Below are positions 20,451-31,451 of a DNA stretch of 64,000 nucleotides, piece by piece. Under the pieces are notes generated by a model. The model worked only from the letters and a program-made list of their open reading frames with translations. It searched no databases and was not told the origin of the DNA. This DNA is from an uncultured virus (IMG/VR IMGVR_UViG_3300020048_000101). Lineage: Duplodnaviria > Heunggongvirae > Uroviricota > Caudoviricetes. The stretch is from positions 1-64,000 of IMG/VR virus record IMGVR_UViG_3300020048_000101. One strand, written 5' to 3'. The first letter of the stretch is position 1, and every line of letters starts with the position of its first letter. A program made the position numbers and the translations under genes.

Positions 20451-21218
20451 ATGGGTAAGAGTAAGAAATACAACTTTATAATGGAAACCGATTGGTTATT
20501 CAATGGGGTTTTAGATGCTGAACAAAAACAATATGTATTACTAGATTACTTTCAAAAATTAAACAAATACTTTGATGAAATGAAGGTGTACCCAATGTTT
20601 ATTGAGTTATCATTACATTTGGGAAATATGCAAACATTATCCACTCAAAATAGAATTTTATATACTGACAAAGTATTCAAATCACCTGATGATGAATTAC
20701 TATTATCTGATTTGAAATTAAAAGAAATTCCGGTATTAACCGATGAAGAAGTTATCGAACTTAAAAAGATTTTAAAAATTTGTCAACCACAAATACACGA
20801 CTACTTTAATTTTGCTAAGTCATTGTGGACCGTGGTCTTCGATTCTATCACGGTTAAAACTAAAAAGAATAAATCAAACATTAAAAACAAAATAGGTTTC
20901 TTTTATTATACCGAAGGTGAAACAACTTATGTTTGGAAATATATAACAAAAAAAGTTTATAAAGTTAAAAATCAAGAAAGGACAGAATTATCCTTATTGT
21001 ATAAGGACACATTAAATGAGTTAACAATCTCTGATATTATTTCTAAATTTTCTAAAACATACGAGAAGAATAAAGAGTCTGAATCACCGGTGTTTGAGGT
21101 ATTTTGTAATAATATTTTCCCATTGGAAGAAACATTATTACCCATCTTTAAACGAAAGATATTATCTTACATAAACCAAAAAGAAAGTGTTAAAACATTA
21201 AAAGTTTATGTTGATTAA
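20451..21218 (+). CDS. hypothetical protein
   Basis: 255-aa ORF. Confidence 0.6.
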   Translation: MGKSKKYNFIMETDWLFNGVLDAEQKQYVLLDYFQKLNKYFDEMKVYPMFIELSLHLGNMQTLSTQNRILYTDKVFKSPDDELLLSDLKLKEIPVLTDEEVIELKKILKICQPQIHDYFNFAKSLWTVVFDSITVKTKKNKSNIKNKIGFFYYTEGETTYVWKYITKKVYKVKNQERTELSLLYKDTLNELTISDIISKFSKTYEKNKESESPVFEVFCNNIFPLEETLLPIFKRKILSYINQKESVKTLKVYVD

Positions 21219-21230
21219 ACCTATTATATT

Positions 21231-21410
21231 ATGGAAAAAGAAATAAAATTACTTGAATCGAAATTAAGACAACCAATACATATTACTTATATTTCAGAAC
21301 ATATCCTGAAGAAAGACTTAGACGAAACTAGAAATATATTAAATATTTTGATTTCTGAGGGTCGTATAGTTGAAAGTGAAGTTTCTAAAGGTTATTATAA
21401 AGTAAAATAA
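21231..21410 (+). CDS. small winged-helix-like protein, 59 aa, absent from ORF track
   Basis: MEKEIKLLESKLRQPIHITYISEHILKKDLDETRNILNILISEGRIVESEVSKGYYKVK fills the intergenic gap. Confidence 0.55.
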   Translation: MEKEIKLLESKLRQPIHITYISEHILKKDLDETRNILNILISEGRIVESEVSKGYYKVK

Positions 21411-21416
21411 TAATTT

Positions 21417-21647
21417 ATGGAAAAAGAAATGGTTAATAATCCCGTTCATTATGGGGGAAAAGATAATCCATATGAAGCAATCAAAGTTATTGATGCTTGG
21501 GAGTTAGGGTTTTCATTGGGGAACACCATTAAGTATATCTCAAGAGCGGGAAAGAAAAATAGTGACGCCGAACTACAAGATTTGAAAAAGGCGATGTGGT
21601 ATCTTCAACATCATATTGAAAATTTAGAAAAAAAACAAACTACATAG
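21417..21647 (+). CDS. DUF3310 domain protein
   Basis: VNNPVHY, GFSLGNTIKYISRAGKK, DLKKAMWYL. Confidence 0.9.
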   Translation: MEKEMVNNPVHYGGKDNPYEAIKVIDAWELGFSLGNTIKYISRAGKKNSDAELQDLKKAMWYLQHHIENLEKKQTT

Positions 21648-21712
21648 TCTACAAAATAAAATAGTCTGAGCCTATATTTATATTTAAATAAAAGTTTATA
21701 GACTATTTTTAA

Positions 21713-24700
21713 ATGGCTAATCAAAAAGTACCTCAATTACCGGTATTATCCGCAGTGACGGGTGAAGATTTATTCTATGTTGTTGACGTTAGTGATACAA
21801 CGGATGACCCCACCGGTAGTTCGAAACAAATTACACGAGACGATATATTAAAAAATATTACGGGGTTAACCATTAATGGTAACTTAACCGTGACCGGCAA
21901 TACTCAATCAATATTTAGCGGTAATACATCGTCAGACATTGTTAGGATAACTCAAACAGGAAGTGGTAACGCTTTTGTTGTTGAAGATTCTGCGAGTCCT
22001 GATTCGACGGCTTTTGTTATTAACAATGTTGGTGATACAGGTATTGGTACTACACCAAATTCAAGTTATAAGTTAATAGTTTCAGGAGCATCAACTGCTA
22101 TAAGAGGTGAAAGTACTAATCAAACAGGTGTTGATGGTGTTGGTTATGTTGGTGTAAAAGGGACTAGTCTTTATACAGGTGAGACTGCTTATGGAGTTCA
22201 AGGTACTACTAATGGTCTTGGTGCGGGTGTGTCCGGTTGGAATTTATATGGAAATGGTAACGGTGTTTTAGGTGTTGCTAATTCTGGTACCGCTGTACGG
22301 GGTATAGGTGGTATTTATGGTGGTAGATTTTCGGCTAGTAGTGATGGTTCACCTATTGGTGTATATGGTTATGTTACTGATAATGAAGGTGGAGGTACTG
22401 ATTATATTGCAGGTAAATTTGAAGCCGCTGGTGGTACTAACAGATATTCTTTACAATTATTAGATGGGACTCAGGGTGTAAATAAAGTATTAATTTCGAC
22501 AACATCTGATGGTAAAGCCAATTGGAGTTCTAATTTAACAGGGTTAACGTCAGTATCGGCAACAACATATTATAACTTACCTGTTGACCCCAACACATAT
22601 GTAACAGGTTTTACATATAACAACTCCAATGTTTTAACATTATCTCAAAATAATGGTGAATCGGCTAAAACGGTGTTAATCAATAGAATGACAGGTTTAA
22701 CGCTTGATTATTTAACGGTTGCTGCGGGGATTTATGGTAATCCTACAAAGTTGACTGTTTCGGGTAGTACATCTGATGACCTTGTTAGAATAACACAACT
22801 TGGTAGTGGTAACGCTTTTGTTGTTGAAGATTCGACTAATCCAGATACGACTTCATTCATTATTGATAGTGCTGGTAGAGTTGGGGTTGGACAACAAAAT
22901 CCAAATATGAGATTAAATGTTTATGACACTTCGACTCTGTGGGCGATATACGGTCAAGGAGGTACTGCAAGTGGTGGTGCAGTTAAAGGTGTTTCTAATT
23001 ATATTGGTGTTAGTGGTGAAGGAGTGACAGGTGTTTCTGGTGCGGGAATCGGAGGAACAGGTGTCGTTGGGTTTTCTTATAATACTATTGGTGTTTATGG
23101 GAATGGTCCATCATATGGTGGTGATTTTATTAGTGCTTCTGTTGGTGTTAGAGGTTCGGCTTATGAAGATGTGGGGGCTATTGGTGTATATGGAACCGTA
23201 ACCGATATCGAAGCAGGTAATGGTGATTATATTGGAGGTAAATTTGAATCAGTGCCAGTGTTTGGTGGAAATAAATATTCCATCCAACTTATTGATGGTA
23301 CTGAAGGTGTTAATAAAGTATTGGTGTCAAAAACATCAGATGGTAAATCAAATTGGAGTTCTGTTTTAACGGGATTAACATCTGTGTCGGCAACAAGTAT
23401 TTCTGCGACAACATATTACGGATTACCGACAGATATTAGAGTAACGGGTGGTACATATTCAAGTGGTACTGCGACATTCACTAACAATACAGGTGGTACG
23501 TTCAGTGTAACAGGTTTTACTAATGGTGGTTCAACATTTACAGGTGGAACTGTGTCAGGAGCAACTAATTTTACGGGTGGATTAACCGCTAATACTATAT
23601 CGGCAACAACATATTATAACTTACCTATTGACCCCAATTATTATGTGACAGGTGTTACATTTGTTGATAACATATTAACCGTAAAACAAAGTGGTCAATC
23701 AGATATAACAACACTGATTGAAACGGTTACAGGTTGGACGGTTAATGGAGGTTTATCGGCAACAACATTTTCGGGGGTAAGTATTGATACTATTGATTAT
23801 ATTAGGTTTAATACGGGAGCCACAATCACACCAACGGTTGAGGGTGAAGTGTTTTTTGATAATGTGGAACACGCATTGTCATATAATACCTCAATAAATC
23901 AGGGGGTTAAAGTTAATTTAGGTCAACAGAATTATCTTCGAGTATTCAATATTAGTGGGGTTGAAATTCCTAGAGGTAAAGTTTTAGAAATCTTATCATC
24001 CCATAGTGGTTTACCTTCAGTTACTTTAGCGGTTAACGAACATACAGGTTTTAATCTTGTTGGGGTTTCAGCTGAAAATATTCCTGATGGTTCTGAAGGT
24101 ATTGTAATTACAAATGGTATTATTAGTGATATACAATTAACGGGGATGACCGTTGGTTCTTTGGTTTATGCCTCAGATACAACACCTGGTGATTATGTCA
24201 GTAAAACTTTATTCGAAGGTTTCCCATTAACGGCAAGAACTAATTCAGTTGGTTATGTTATTCAAACGGGGGAGACTACGGGTAAATTATTTGTTAACAT
24301 TGTTAATGAAAATTCTGCATTATCGTTAACTGATTTAGAAAGAAATGTATTAGAAGGAAATGTTTTATCAACGGGGGTTTTTGAATATACAGGTGCGACA
24401 ACGGCGTCAACAACAACTTTTAATGTTGCACCGTTGAAAGGTTGGATAGTTAAAAATACATACACATACGCTTTAACACCTGATGTCCAAAGTATTAATT
24501 ATAGTGGTGGTACAAACATTTCAGTTACTAATATTGCTTCTGCTGATTCAACTTATATTTTAATCAATAGTGGTTTAACTATTACACAACAAGTAACATT
24601 TCCAACACCACAACAAAGAAGAGAAAATATCTTTCTGGGTAAGATTAATCACCCAAATAGAACGAGTATATTAAATATTAATCAAACCGTTGATTATGAT

Positions 24701-27700
24701 GTATCACCAATGTCATCTTTGCGTGATTTATGGTCACCTATAAAGTTGATAAATCAAGGAATTATCCCATCACCAAATGGTGCTAATCTAAGTTTTAATA
24801 CTTCAGCTGGAACACTTTGGGGTAATGGTATTAATTGGAATAACAATCAATTAAGCCCTAATAATGTTAATATTTCAGCAAAAGTACCGGCTTCATTTTT
24901 TTATAGAACACAAACAGGTGGAACTTCGTCAAGTGTTACGGTTATTGACCCAACAAAATATGATGTTGGTGGTGCAATTACTACTATTACACCAGCTGGT
25001 AGTAATGATGCGACTAATCAAAGAATTTATATGTACCCTACTGGGGTTATTAATGTTTTGTATGGTCAAACTAGGTATACCACATTAGCTGAAGCTATCG
25101 CTAATATACAATCTGAAACATTTATACCTTATCCTAACGCAGAGTCTACAGGTATATTGATTGGTGTACTTTCGGTTAGAAATGATATTGTTGCAGATGG
25201 TGAACCTTTAACTAACACTGATTATGCTAAATTTACATTAGTCTCTAAATTTGGTGAAAGTTTTGGTGGAACAGGTGGTTTATCAACAACCAATCTTCAA
25301 CAAGCGTATAATAATTCAACTACACCTGAAATATTAACAAACTCTACGTTAGGTCCATTATCACTTAAAAATGGTAATGGTGCTGACAATGTGAGTAATT
25401 TATTTGAGGGTATTAATTCAGGTGGAACTACCACAATGTTTGTTAGAGCTGATGGTTCGATTAGTGCGACCACGGTTTCGGCAACAACAATTAACACAGG
25501 TGGGTTTAGTGCTAACGGAAATGGTTTAACCGCAACAACAATCTCGGCAACAACTTATCAAAACTTACCTAATTCGGTGACAGGATGGACGGTTAATGGT
25601 AACTTAACGGTTACGGGTAATACATCATTACAAGGTGTGACCGCAACTACGGTTTCGGCAACAACTTATCAAAATTTGCCGACTGATATCCGAGTAACGG
25701 GTGGTACTTATTCAAGTGGTACTGCAACATTTACGAATAATACAGGTGGTACGTTTGATGTTAGTGGATATTATACAGGTAGTACTGTTTATCTTTATGA
25801 AATTCACGTAAGTACAATAGATGGTAATGATACTACTGGTGATGGTTCATTACTTTATCCTGTTGCGACTATTACTAAAGGATTAACTTTAATATCGGGA
25901 AATCGTAGAACCCTTATTATTCATCCTGGAACATATACTGAAAGTCCTTCAATAACTTCACAATATACGGTATTAACAACATTTGAACCTTTGGGGGGTA
26001 ATACTTCTATTGTAGGGACTGTTAGTACATCTGTTGGAAGTACAATCGCAGGATTAACAATTCAAAATCTTACTATTACTGCTGGTTCAGGAGTTGGAGT
26101 TCCTAATATTATTAATTCTAACATAACAGGAACATTAACTAAAAGTGGAAATGCTACTTTTACTGATATACATAATTGTGATATTGGTACTGTGTGTAAT
26201 ATCACAGGTACTGGCCTTGTAACTATTAATGACGGTAATCCAAATTTTGTAACAGTAAATAATGCTGGTGCAAATGTGATTATTAAAGGTGCTATGTCTT
26301 GTGTTTCCCCATCAGTAACTTCAGGAACATTAAGTATTACAGATTCAATAGTAATTGCAGCTGTAACAAATGCCGTTACCTCGTCTGCGGGAAGTGTTGT
26401 TACTTTAGCTAATTCACAATTATTAACATCAACATTAGATAATGTAGCACCTGTTTCTTTATCAGGATTTTATTCAATATTTAATTGTGTCTTTGATAAA
26501 CCAAGTTCAACTTTAGTTGCTTCATCGGGAACAGGTGGTAGTACAAATTCTATTGTTTATTCTCAATACATAAACGCCGATAAATTCATAACACAAGGTG
26601 GTGCATCATCACAATATGTTATGGGTGATGGTTCGTTAAGTAATGGATTCACAGGTGGAACAGTATCAGGAGCAACTAACTTCACAAATGGTTTAACCGC
26701 AACAACAATATCGGCAACTACATATCAAAATTTACCTGTAGACCCCAACTATTACACAACGGCTTTCACATATAGTAATAATGTATTCACAATTAAACAA
26801 ACAGGTCAATCTGATTTAACCGCAACAATTAATTCGGTGACAGGATGGACGGTTAATGGTAACTTAACGGTTACGGGTAATACATCATTACAAGGTGTGA
26901 CCGCAACTACAGTTTCGGGAACTACAGTTTTGGCAACTACAGTTTCGGCAACTACATATCAAAATTTACCGACTGATATCCGAGTAACGGGAGGGACTTA
27001 TTATGATGGGTCAATAACTTTCACTAATAACACAGGAGGAACGTTTAGTGTAACAATACCTTCTAATTTTTCGGCAGGACCGATTAGTGGTTCTACAGGT
27101 TGGTCTTCTGCGGGTTCAGGACAAATGAATTTACCGGGAATTAAAGTTGCGTTATTTGATAACCCAAATAATTATGAACCTGTTAATGTTTATTCAGTGT
27201 CAAGTGGGACAACAGGTAGTGGTGGAATACCATCATTAACCGATAATGATACTAATTACGTTGTTGTTGAATATAATGGTGGTTCACCAATATATAATGT
27301 TTACGATAATGACGGAGTCGTTAATGATAGTAGTGTGGTTCTTGTCTATATCGTTTATCGTCTTGATAGTTTTGTACACGTAATGGATTTCGGTGATTTT
27401 GGTGCCGGATTACCTAACAAACTTAACGACAGGTTAATGATGACCGATAGATTTGGTAGGGAAAGTGGTTTATCATTAGGGTTAAGTGGTTCGACAGGTG
27501 TTGTTACCGCAACTGAAGGGGTTGCTTGGAACGCATCATATAGACAATCATTGGTTGCGGTGAATTCACAAGATGAAATTTTCTTTAAAAATTACCATAG
27601 TGGTGGTACTTGGACATATACTACTACGGGAGACACGTTAAATAATACATACTACGACAATGGTACTAACATTGTTGAATTAACCGCAGGTAAATATTTG

Positions 27701-28948
27701 GTTAACTGGTATTTTAGAGGTCAAGAGGTTAATGACCATTTATATGAGGTTTATGGTAATGATGAGTATGATAGTGTGTCTGAAGCTGAATTATCGGTAG
27801 AACCTTTGTTACCTGAATTAATTACATCACACGCATTTTTACTTGGTAGAATTATTGTTTTAAAATCGGCAACGACGGGTGTCACCCAAAGTGCTTTCGT
27901 TAAAGTATTTCAATCAACTCAAGTTGATAATCATAATGATTTAATTGGTTTACAAGGTGGTGGGCCGGGAGAATATTATCACTTAACATCGTCCCATTAT
28001 AATAATTTACCTTATAAGAATTCAGGTAATACATTTACTGAATTACAAACATTTAGTAGTGGTTTAACTGCCACAACAATTTCAGCAACAACATATTATG
28101 GTAGTGGAACAAACTTAACAGGTGTTGTTAAAGGTTCAGGAACAACAAATTATTTACCAAGATGGACGGGAACTACAGACCTAGGTAATAGTGTTATTCG
28201 TGATGATGGTACTAATGTGGGTGTGAATATTGCACCAACAACAGGTGCTAAGTTTAAAGTCTTGGGTACGACGGCTAATACATATTCGGTACACGCACAA
28301 GGTGGCACATCTACTAGTATTTGGGGTGAAAACACTGCGACAGGTGGTTATGGTGTATATGGGTCTAATTCACTTGGTGGTTATGGTGTATATGGGTCCG
28401 CAAATTATGGTGGTTATGGGTTATATGGTTCCTCTTCGGCTTATGCTGCGGGTGCACTTGTTGGTGTTAAAGGAACCGCAAATGGTATGTCGTCAGGATA
28501 TGGTCCTGGTACAGGTGTCTACGGTCAAGCTTATGGTGACTATGGGGGTATTGGTGTTTTTGGGTCGGCGGTTGAAAGTGAAACAGGTGCAGGTGTTTAT
28601 CTTGGAGGTAAATTTGTTTCAACTTTACCAAGTGCTGGTGGAACGAATTATTCGGTTCAATTACAAGATGGTACTGAAGGTTTAAATAAAGTTTTAGTTT
28701 CAGTAACGGCTGACGGTAAAGCAAATTGGAGTTCAAATTTAACAGGATTAACGTCGGTATCCGCAACAACCATTAGTGGTGGTACTATGGTGATTACTAC
28801 ATCACCAACTAATAATGATAATAATACACAAATATTGTCGAGAAATTCATCAACAGGGGTTGTTGAATATATAGATGGTACTAAACCTGTTGGTACATTC
28901 AACTATGGATTAGCAAATGCTATAATGACAGGAAACTTTTTAACATAA
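21713..28948 (+). CDS. giant repeat-built tail fibre/virion structural protein (2411 aa)
   Basis: G/T/S-rich; many ATTISATTY repeats; GVxG repeat blocks; three LxDGTxGxNKVL..DGKxNWSS modules. Confidence 0.75.
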   Translation: MANQKVPQLPVLSAVTGEDLFYVVDVSDTTDDPTGSSKQITRDDILKNITGLTINGNLTVTGNTQSIFSGNTSSDIVRITQTGSGNAFVVEDSASPDSTAFVINNVGDTGIGTTPNSSYKLIVSGASTAIRGESTNQTGVDGVGYVGVKGTSLYTGETAYGVQGTTNGLGAGVSGWNLYGNGNGVLGVANSGTAVRGIGGIYGGRFSASSDGSPIGVYGYVTDNEGGGTDYIAGKFEAAGGTNRYSLQLLDGTQGVNKVLISTTSDGKANWSSNLTGLTSVSATTYYNLPVDPNTYVTGFTYNNSNVLTLSQNNGESAKTVLINRMTGLTLDYLTVAAGIYGNPTKLTVSGSTSDDLVRITQLGSGNAFVVEDSTNPDTTSFIIDSAGRVGVGQQNPNMRLNVYDTSTLWAIYGQGGTASGGAVKGVSNYIGVSGEGVTGVSGAGIGGTGVVGFSYNTIGVYGNGPSYGGDFISASVGVRGSAYEDVGAIGVYGTVTDIEAGNGDYIGGKFESVPVFGGNKYSIQLIDGTEGVNKVLVSKTSDGKSNWSSVLTGLTSVSATSISATTYYGLPTDIRVTGGTYSSGTATFTNNTGGTFSVTGFTNGGSTFTGGTVSGATNFTGGLTANTISATTYYNLPIDPNYYVTGVTFVDNILTVKQSGQSDITTLIETVTGWTVNGGLSATTFSGVSIDTIDYIRFNTGATITPTVEGEVFFDNVEHALSYNTSINQGVKVNLGQQNYLRVFNISGVEIPRGKVLEILSSHSGLPSVTLAVNEHTGFNLVGVSAENIPDGSEGIVITNGIISDIQLTGMTVGSLVYASDTTPGDYVSKTLFEGFPLTARTNSVGYVIQTGETTGKLFVNIVNENSALSLTDLERNVLEGNVLSTGVFEYTGATTASTTTFNVAPLKGWIVKNTYTYALTPDVQSINYSGGTNISVTNIASADSTYILINSGLTITQQVTFPTPQQRRENIFLGKINHPNRTSILNINQTVDYDVSPMSSLRDLWSPIKLINQGIIPSPNGANLSFNTSAGTLWGNGINWNNNQLSPNNVNISAKVPASFFYRTQTGGTSSSVTVIDPTKYDVGGAITTITPAGSNDATNQRIYMYPTGVINVLYGQTRYTTLAEAIANIQSETFIPYPNAESTGILIGVLSVRNDIVADGEPLTNTDYAKFTLVSKFGESFGGTGGLSTTNLQQAYNNSTTPEILTNSTLGPLSLKNGNGADNVSNLFEGINSGGTTTMFVRADGSISATTVSATTINTGGFSANGNGLTATTISATTYQNLPNSVTGWTVNGNLTVTGNTSLQGVTATTVSATTYQNLPTDIRVTGGTYSSGTATFTNNTGGTFDVSGYYTGSTVYLYEIHVSTIDGNDTTGDGSLLYPVATITKGLTLISGNRRTLIIHPGTYTESPSITSQYTVLTTFEPLGGNTSIVGTVSTSVGSTIAGLTIQNLTITAGSGVGVPNIINSNITGTLTKSGNATFTDIHNCDIGTVCNITGTGLVTINDGNPNFVTVNNAGANVIIKGAMSCVSPSVTSGTLSITDSIVIAAVTNAVTSSAGSVVTLANSQLLTSTLDNVAPVSLSGFYSIFNCVFDKPSSTLVASSGTGGSTNSIVYSQYINADKFITQGGASSQYVMGDGSLSNGFTGGTVSGATNFTNGLTATTISATTYQNLPVDPNYYTTAFTYSNNVFTIKQTGQSDLTATINSVTGWTVNGNLTVTGNTSLQGVTATTVSGTTVLATTVSATTYQNLPTDIRVTGGTYYDGSITFTNNTGGTFSVTIPSNFSAGPISGSTGWSSAGSGQMNLPGIKVALFDNPNNYEPVNVYSVSSGTTGSGGIPSLTDNDTNYVVVEYNGGSPIYNVYDNDGVVNDSSVVLVYIVYRLDSFVHVMDFGDFGAGLPNKLNDRLMMTDRFGRESGLSLGLSGSTGVVTATEGVAWNASYRQSLVAVNSQDEIFFKNYHSGGTWTYTTTGDTLNNTYYDNGTNIVELTAGKYLVNWYFRGQEVNDHLYEVYGNDEYDSVSEAELSVEPLLPELITSHAFLLGRIIVLKSATTGVTQSAFVKVFQSTQVDNHNDLIGLQGGGPGEYYHLTSSHYNNLPYKNSGNTFTELQTFSSGLTATTISATTYYGSGTNLTGVVKGSGTTNYLPRWTGTTDLGNSVIRDDGTNVGVNIAPTTGAKFKVLGTTANTYSVHAQGGTSTSIWGENTATGGYGVYGSNSLGGYGVYGSANYGGYGLYGSSSAYAAGALVGVKGTANGMSSGYGPGTGVYGQAYGDYGGIGVFGSAVESETGAGVYLGGKFVSTLPSAGGTNYSVQLQDGTEGLNKVLVSVTADGKANWSSNLTGLTSVSATTISGGTMVITTSPTNNDNNTQILSRNSSTGVVEYIDGTKPVGTFNYGLANAIMTGNFLT
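25570..26910 (+). repeat. 81-bp exact direct repeat inside the fibre gene (25570-25650 and 26830-26910)
   Basis: TAATTCGGTGACAGGATGGACGGTTAATGG...CCGCAACTAC present twice, 1260 bp apart. Confidence 0.9.
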
Positions 28949-28973
28949 AAATAAATAAATAAAATAATATAAA

Positions 28974-29399
28974 ATGGCAAATACATCATTAAACACACAA
29001 CCAATTTATACGGCATCTGCTGATACACAATGGATTGGGCCTGTATTAGCGGCTAACACAACTAAAGATTTAACATCAGGAACCGCTTATATGGCATTTC
29101 ACGCATCAACAACTGCGGGTGGTTACGTCCAAAGAATGAGGTTCAGAGCATTAGGGACTAATGTTGCAACAGTTGCAAGAGTATTCCTTAATAATGGGGG
29201 TGTTACAGGAACAACAGATAATAATACATTGTGGGATGAAATTTCATTACCGGCAGTAACACTTTCTGAAACTTCAGCTTTACCAACATATGAATTACCC
29301 TTAAATTTTGCATTACCTCCGGGTTATAAACTTTTTGTTACGGTAGGAACTGCAGTCGCTGCGGGATATGATGTGACAGTAATTGGTGGTAAATATTAA
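28974..29399 (+). CDS. tail-associated structural protein
   Basis: beta-rich ORF ending GGKY, directly after the fibre gene. Confidence 0.55.
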   Translation: MANTSLNTQPIYTASADTQWIGPVLAANTTKDLTSGTAYMAFHASTTAGGYVQRMRFRALGTNVATVARVFLNNGGVTGTTDNNTLWDEISLPAVTLSETSALPTYELPLNFALPPGYKLFVTVGTAVAAGYDVTVIGGKY

Positions 29400-29582
29400 G
29401 ATTATGTTTGAATATATTTTGTGTGAATTTGAATACGGGTATGAAGGTCAATTGTACCAAGAAATTAGTAATGGTGTAATTAGACTTACTGACTTAGACG
29501 GTAATACTTTAACTCTTGAAGGGAGTTATGGTTATAGAGTGATAAACTCCACACCTGAAAGACCCGTTTGGGCTAATTAATT

Positions 29583-30506
29583 ATGGGTATAGATTATAAT
29601 CATATAAATGATAATAGTTTAAAAAACCAAGTTTTTTATTTTGCAGGAACTAATGCTTGGCAAACTTGGATTAAACCACCTAATTGTAAATTCGTTAACT
29701 TCTACTTAGTAGGTGGTGGTGCGGGTGGACGTGGTGGGGCGACAGGTGCGGCATCAACACGAAGTGGTGGTAATGGTGGTGGTTCAGCGGCTTTCTCATA
29801 TATCACTGTTCCGTCATTCGCATTACCCGATATGTTATACATACAAGTTGGTGGTGGTGGAATTGGTGGAGCGTCAGGTAATGGTGCTGGTGGTGTTGGA
29901 GGTTTAAGTTATGTTTGTTCTATTCCTGATATTTCAACACGTTATAATATATTAATGAAGAGTGGAACATTGGGTGCGGGAACAACATTAACGCAAAATG
30001 CGGGAACTGTTATAGTGATAGGTGATATTTTATTAGCTCAAGTCGCTTTTGTTTCAGGTTATGCCGGTCAAATCGGTGGTATTGGTGGTTCGTCAAGTGG
30101 TGCAGCCCCTTTAGTAACACCATCAGGGATTCCATTTACAGGTGGTGCCGGTGGAGCGGGATGTAGTTCTGTTGGTACTCTTGGGACTTCAGGGAGTATT
30201 GCGAGTATATTAGACTACCCCACAATATCAGGAGGGGCCAATACTGCGGTTCAGAGTGCGACCGCATCTCCAGGTAATAGTGGATACGCAACAAGAGAAA
30301 ATTTTGTAGGTCCAAACTTTAAAACACCAATGTTCTTTAGTGGAGGTGCTGGTGGAGGTGCCGCTTCACAAACTTTAGGTATTGGAGGTAAAGGTGGAGA
30401 TGCTATGTTCGGATGCGGTGGTGGAGGTGGCGGAGCCGGTGGTAACTCAACTGCGGGAATCGGTGGTCGAGGTGGTGATGGGTTTGTATTAATAACATAT
30501 AGTTAA
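29583..30506 (+). CDS. glycine-rich tail fibre-like protein (paralog 1)
   Basis: TWIKPP..VGGGAGG..LPDMLYIQVG..GRGGDGFVLIT. Confidence 0.7.
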   Translation: MGIDYNHINDNSLKNQVFYFAGTNAWQTWIKPPNCKFVNFYLVGGGAGGRGGATGAASTRSGGNGGGSAAFSYITVPSFALPDMLYIQVGGGGIGGASGNGAGGVGGLSYVCSIPDISTRYNILMKSGTLGAGTTLTQNAGTVIVIGDILLAQVAFVSGYAGQIGGIGGSSSGAAPLVTPSGIPFTGGAGGAGCSSVGTLGTSGSIASILDYPTISGGANTAVQSATASPGNSGYATRENFVGPNFKTPMFFSGGAGGGAASQTLGIGGKGGDAMFGCGGGGGGAGGNSTAGIGGRGGDGFVLITYS

Positions 30507-30509
30507 TTT

Positions 30510-31445
30510 ATGATAGACACTTTTAATATAGTTGACGGTGGTCAACAAAGACAAGTTTATTTTGCCAATGGTGTGAACTCATTTCATACTTGGAATAAAC
30601 CCCCAACTTGTAAATTTGTACATTTCTTAATCCTCGGTGGAGGTGGTGGAGGTGGCGGTGGTCAAGGGGGTGGTACTGCAACCGCACGACGTGGTGGTGG
30701 TTCAGGTGGTTCATCGGGAGGTATAACGATTTTAGTTCCGGCATCTTACTTACCTGATATGTTATATATTCAAGTTGGTAATGGTGGTTCGAATGGGATT
30801 GGTGGAGCGACTAATAGTAATGGTGGTGCCGCTACGTTATCATATGTTATGATTACACCTGATACAGGTAAAACCGCATCAAATGTTCTATACCAAAGTG
30901 GTTCTGCAGCTGCGGGTGGTGGAGCATCAGGATTAAATGGTGGGACTGCGGGAACTGCGGGAAGTGTATGGACACCAACGGGTAATATTTTTAGTGAATT
31001 TAGTTTAACATATACTTTTCCGGGATTAGTTGGTGTCTTAGGACAAACAACCCCAATTCCAAATTCAATCACTCTTAGTGGTATAACCTCACAGGGAGCC
31101 GCGGGAGCGGGAATGAATGGTGGTACGGCACAAGTTGGTGGTGCGGTTACCGCTGGTGGTAATATACCAACAATGACAGGAGGACCTGCAGGTGGTTCAG
31201 CAACAAGTACAACTCCAGGGGGTAATGGGAGTGGTGGTTATATGTCATTTAACCCAAACAATGTTGGTTACTCAACACAACCTTTAGTATTCTTAGGTGG
31301 TGCCGGTGGAGGTTCTTCTGATGGAGGTATCGGTGGTGCCGGAGCTTATGGTTGTGGTGGTGGAGGTGGTGGTGCCGCTTTCACTAGCTCAGGTGGTAAT
31401 GGTGGTAGAGGCGGTGACGGAATAGTCATAATAACATATTGGTAA
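30510..31445 (+). CDS. glycine-rich tail fibre-like protein (paralog 2)
   Basis: TWNKPP..LGGGGGG..LPDMLYIQVG..GRGGDGIVIIT. Confidence 0.7.
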   Translation: MIDTFNIVDGGQQRQVYFANGVNSFHTWNKPPTCKFVHFLILGGGGGGGGGQGGGTATARRGGGSGGSSGGITILVPASYLPDMLYIQVGNGGSNGIGGATNSNGGAATLSYVMITPDTGKTASNVLYQSGSAAAGGGASGLNGGTAGTAGSVWTPTGNIFSEFSLTYTFPGLVGVLGQTTPIPNSITLSGITSQGAAGAGMNGGTAQVGGAVTAGGNIPTMTGGPAGGSATSTTPGGNGSGGYMSFNPNNVGYSTQPLVFLGGAGGGSSDGGIGGAGAYGCGGGGGGAAFTSSGGNGGRGGDGIVIITYW

Positions 31446-31451
31446 TTAATA

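Noticed and set aside
25570..26910. Diversity-generating retroelement TR/VR pair
   Set aside because: The core copies are identical rather than adenine-mutated, and no reverse transcriptase is present in the window.
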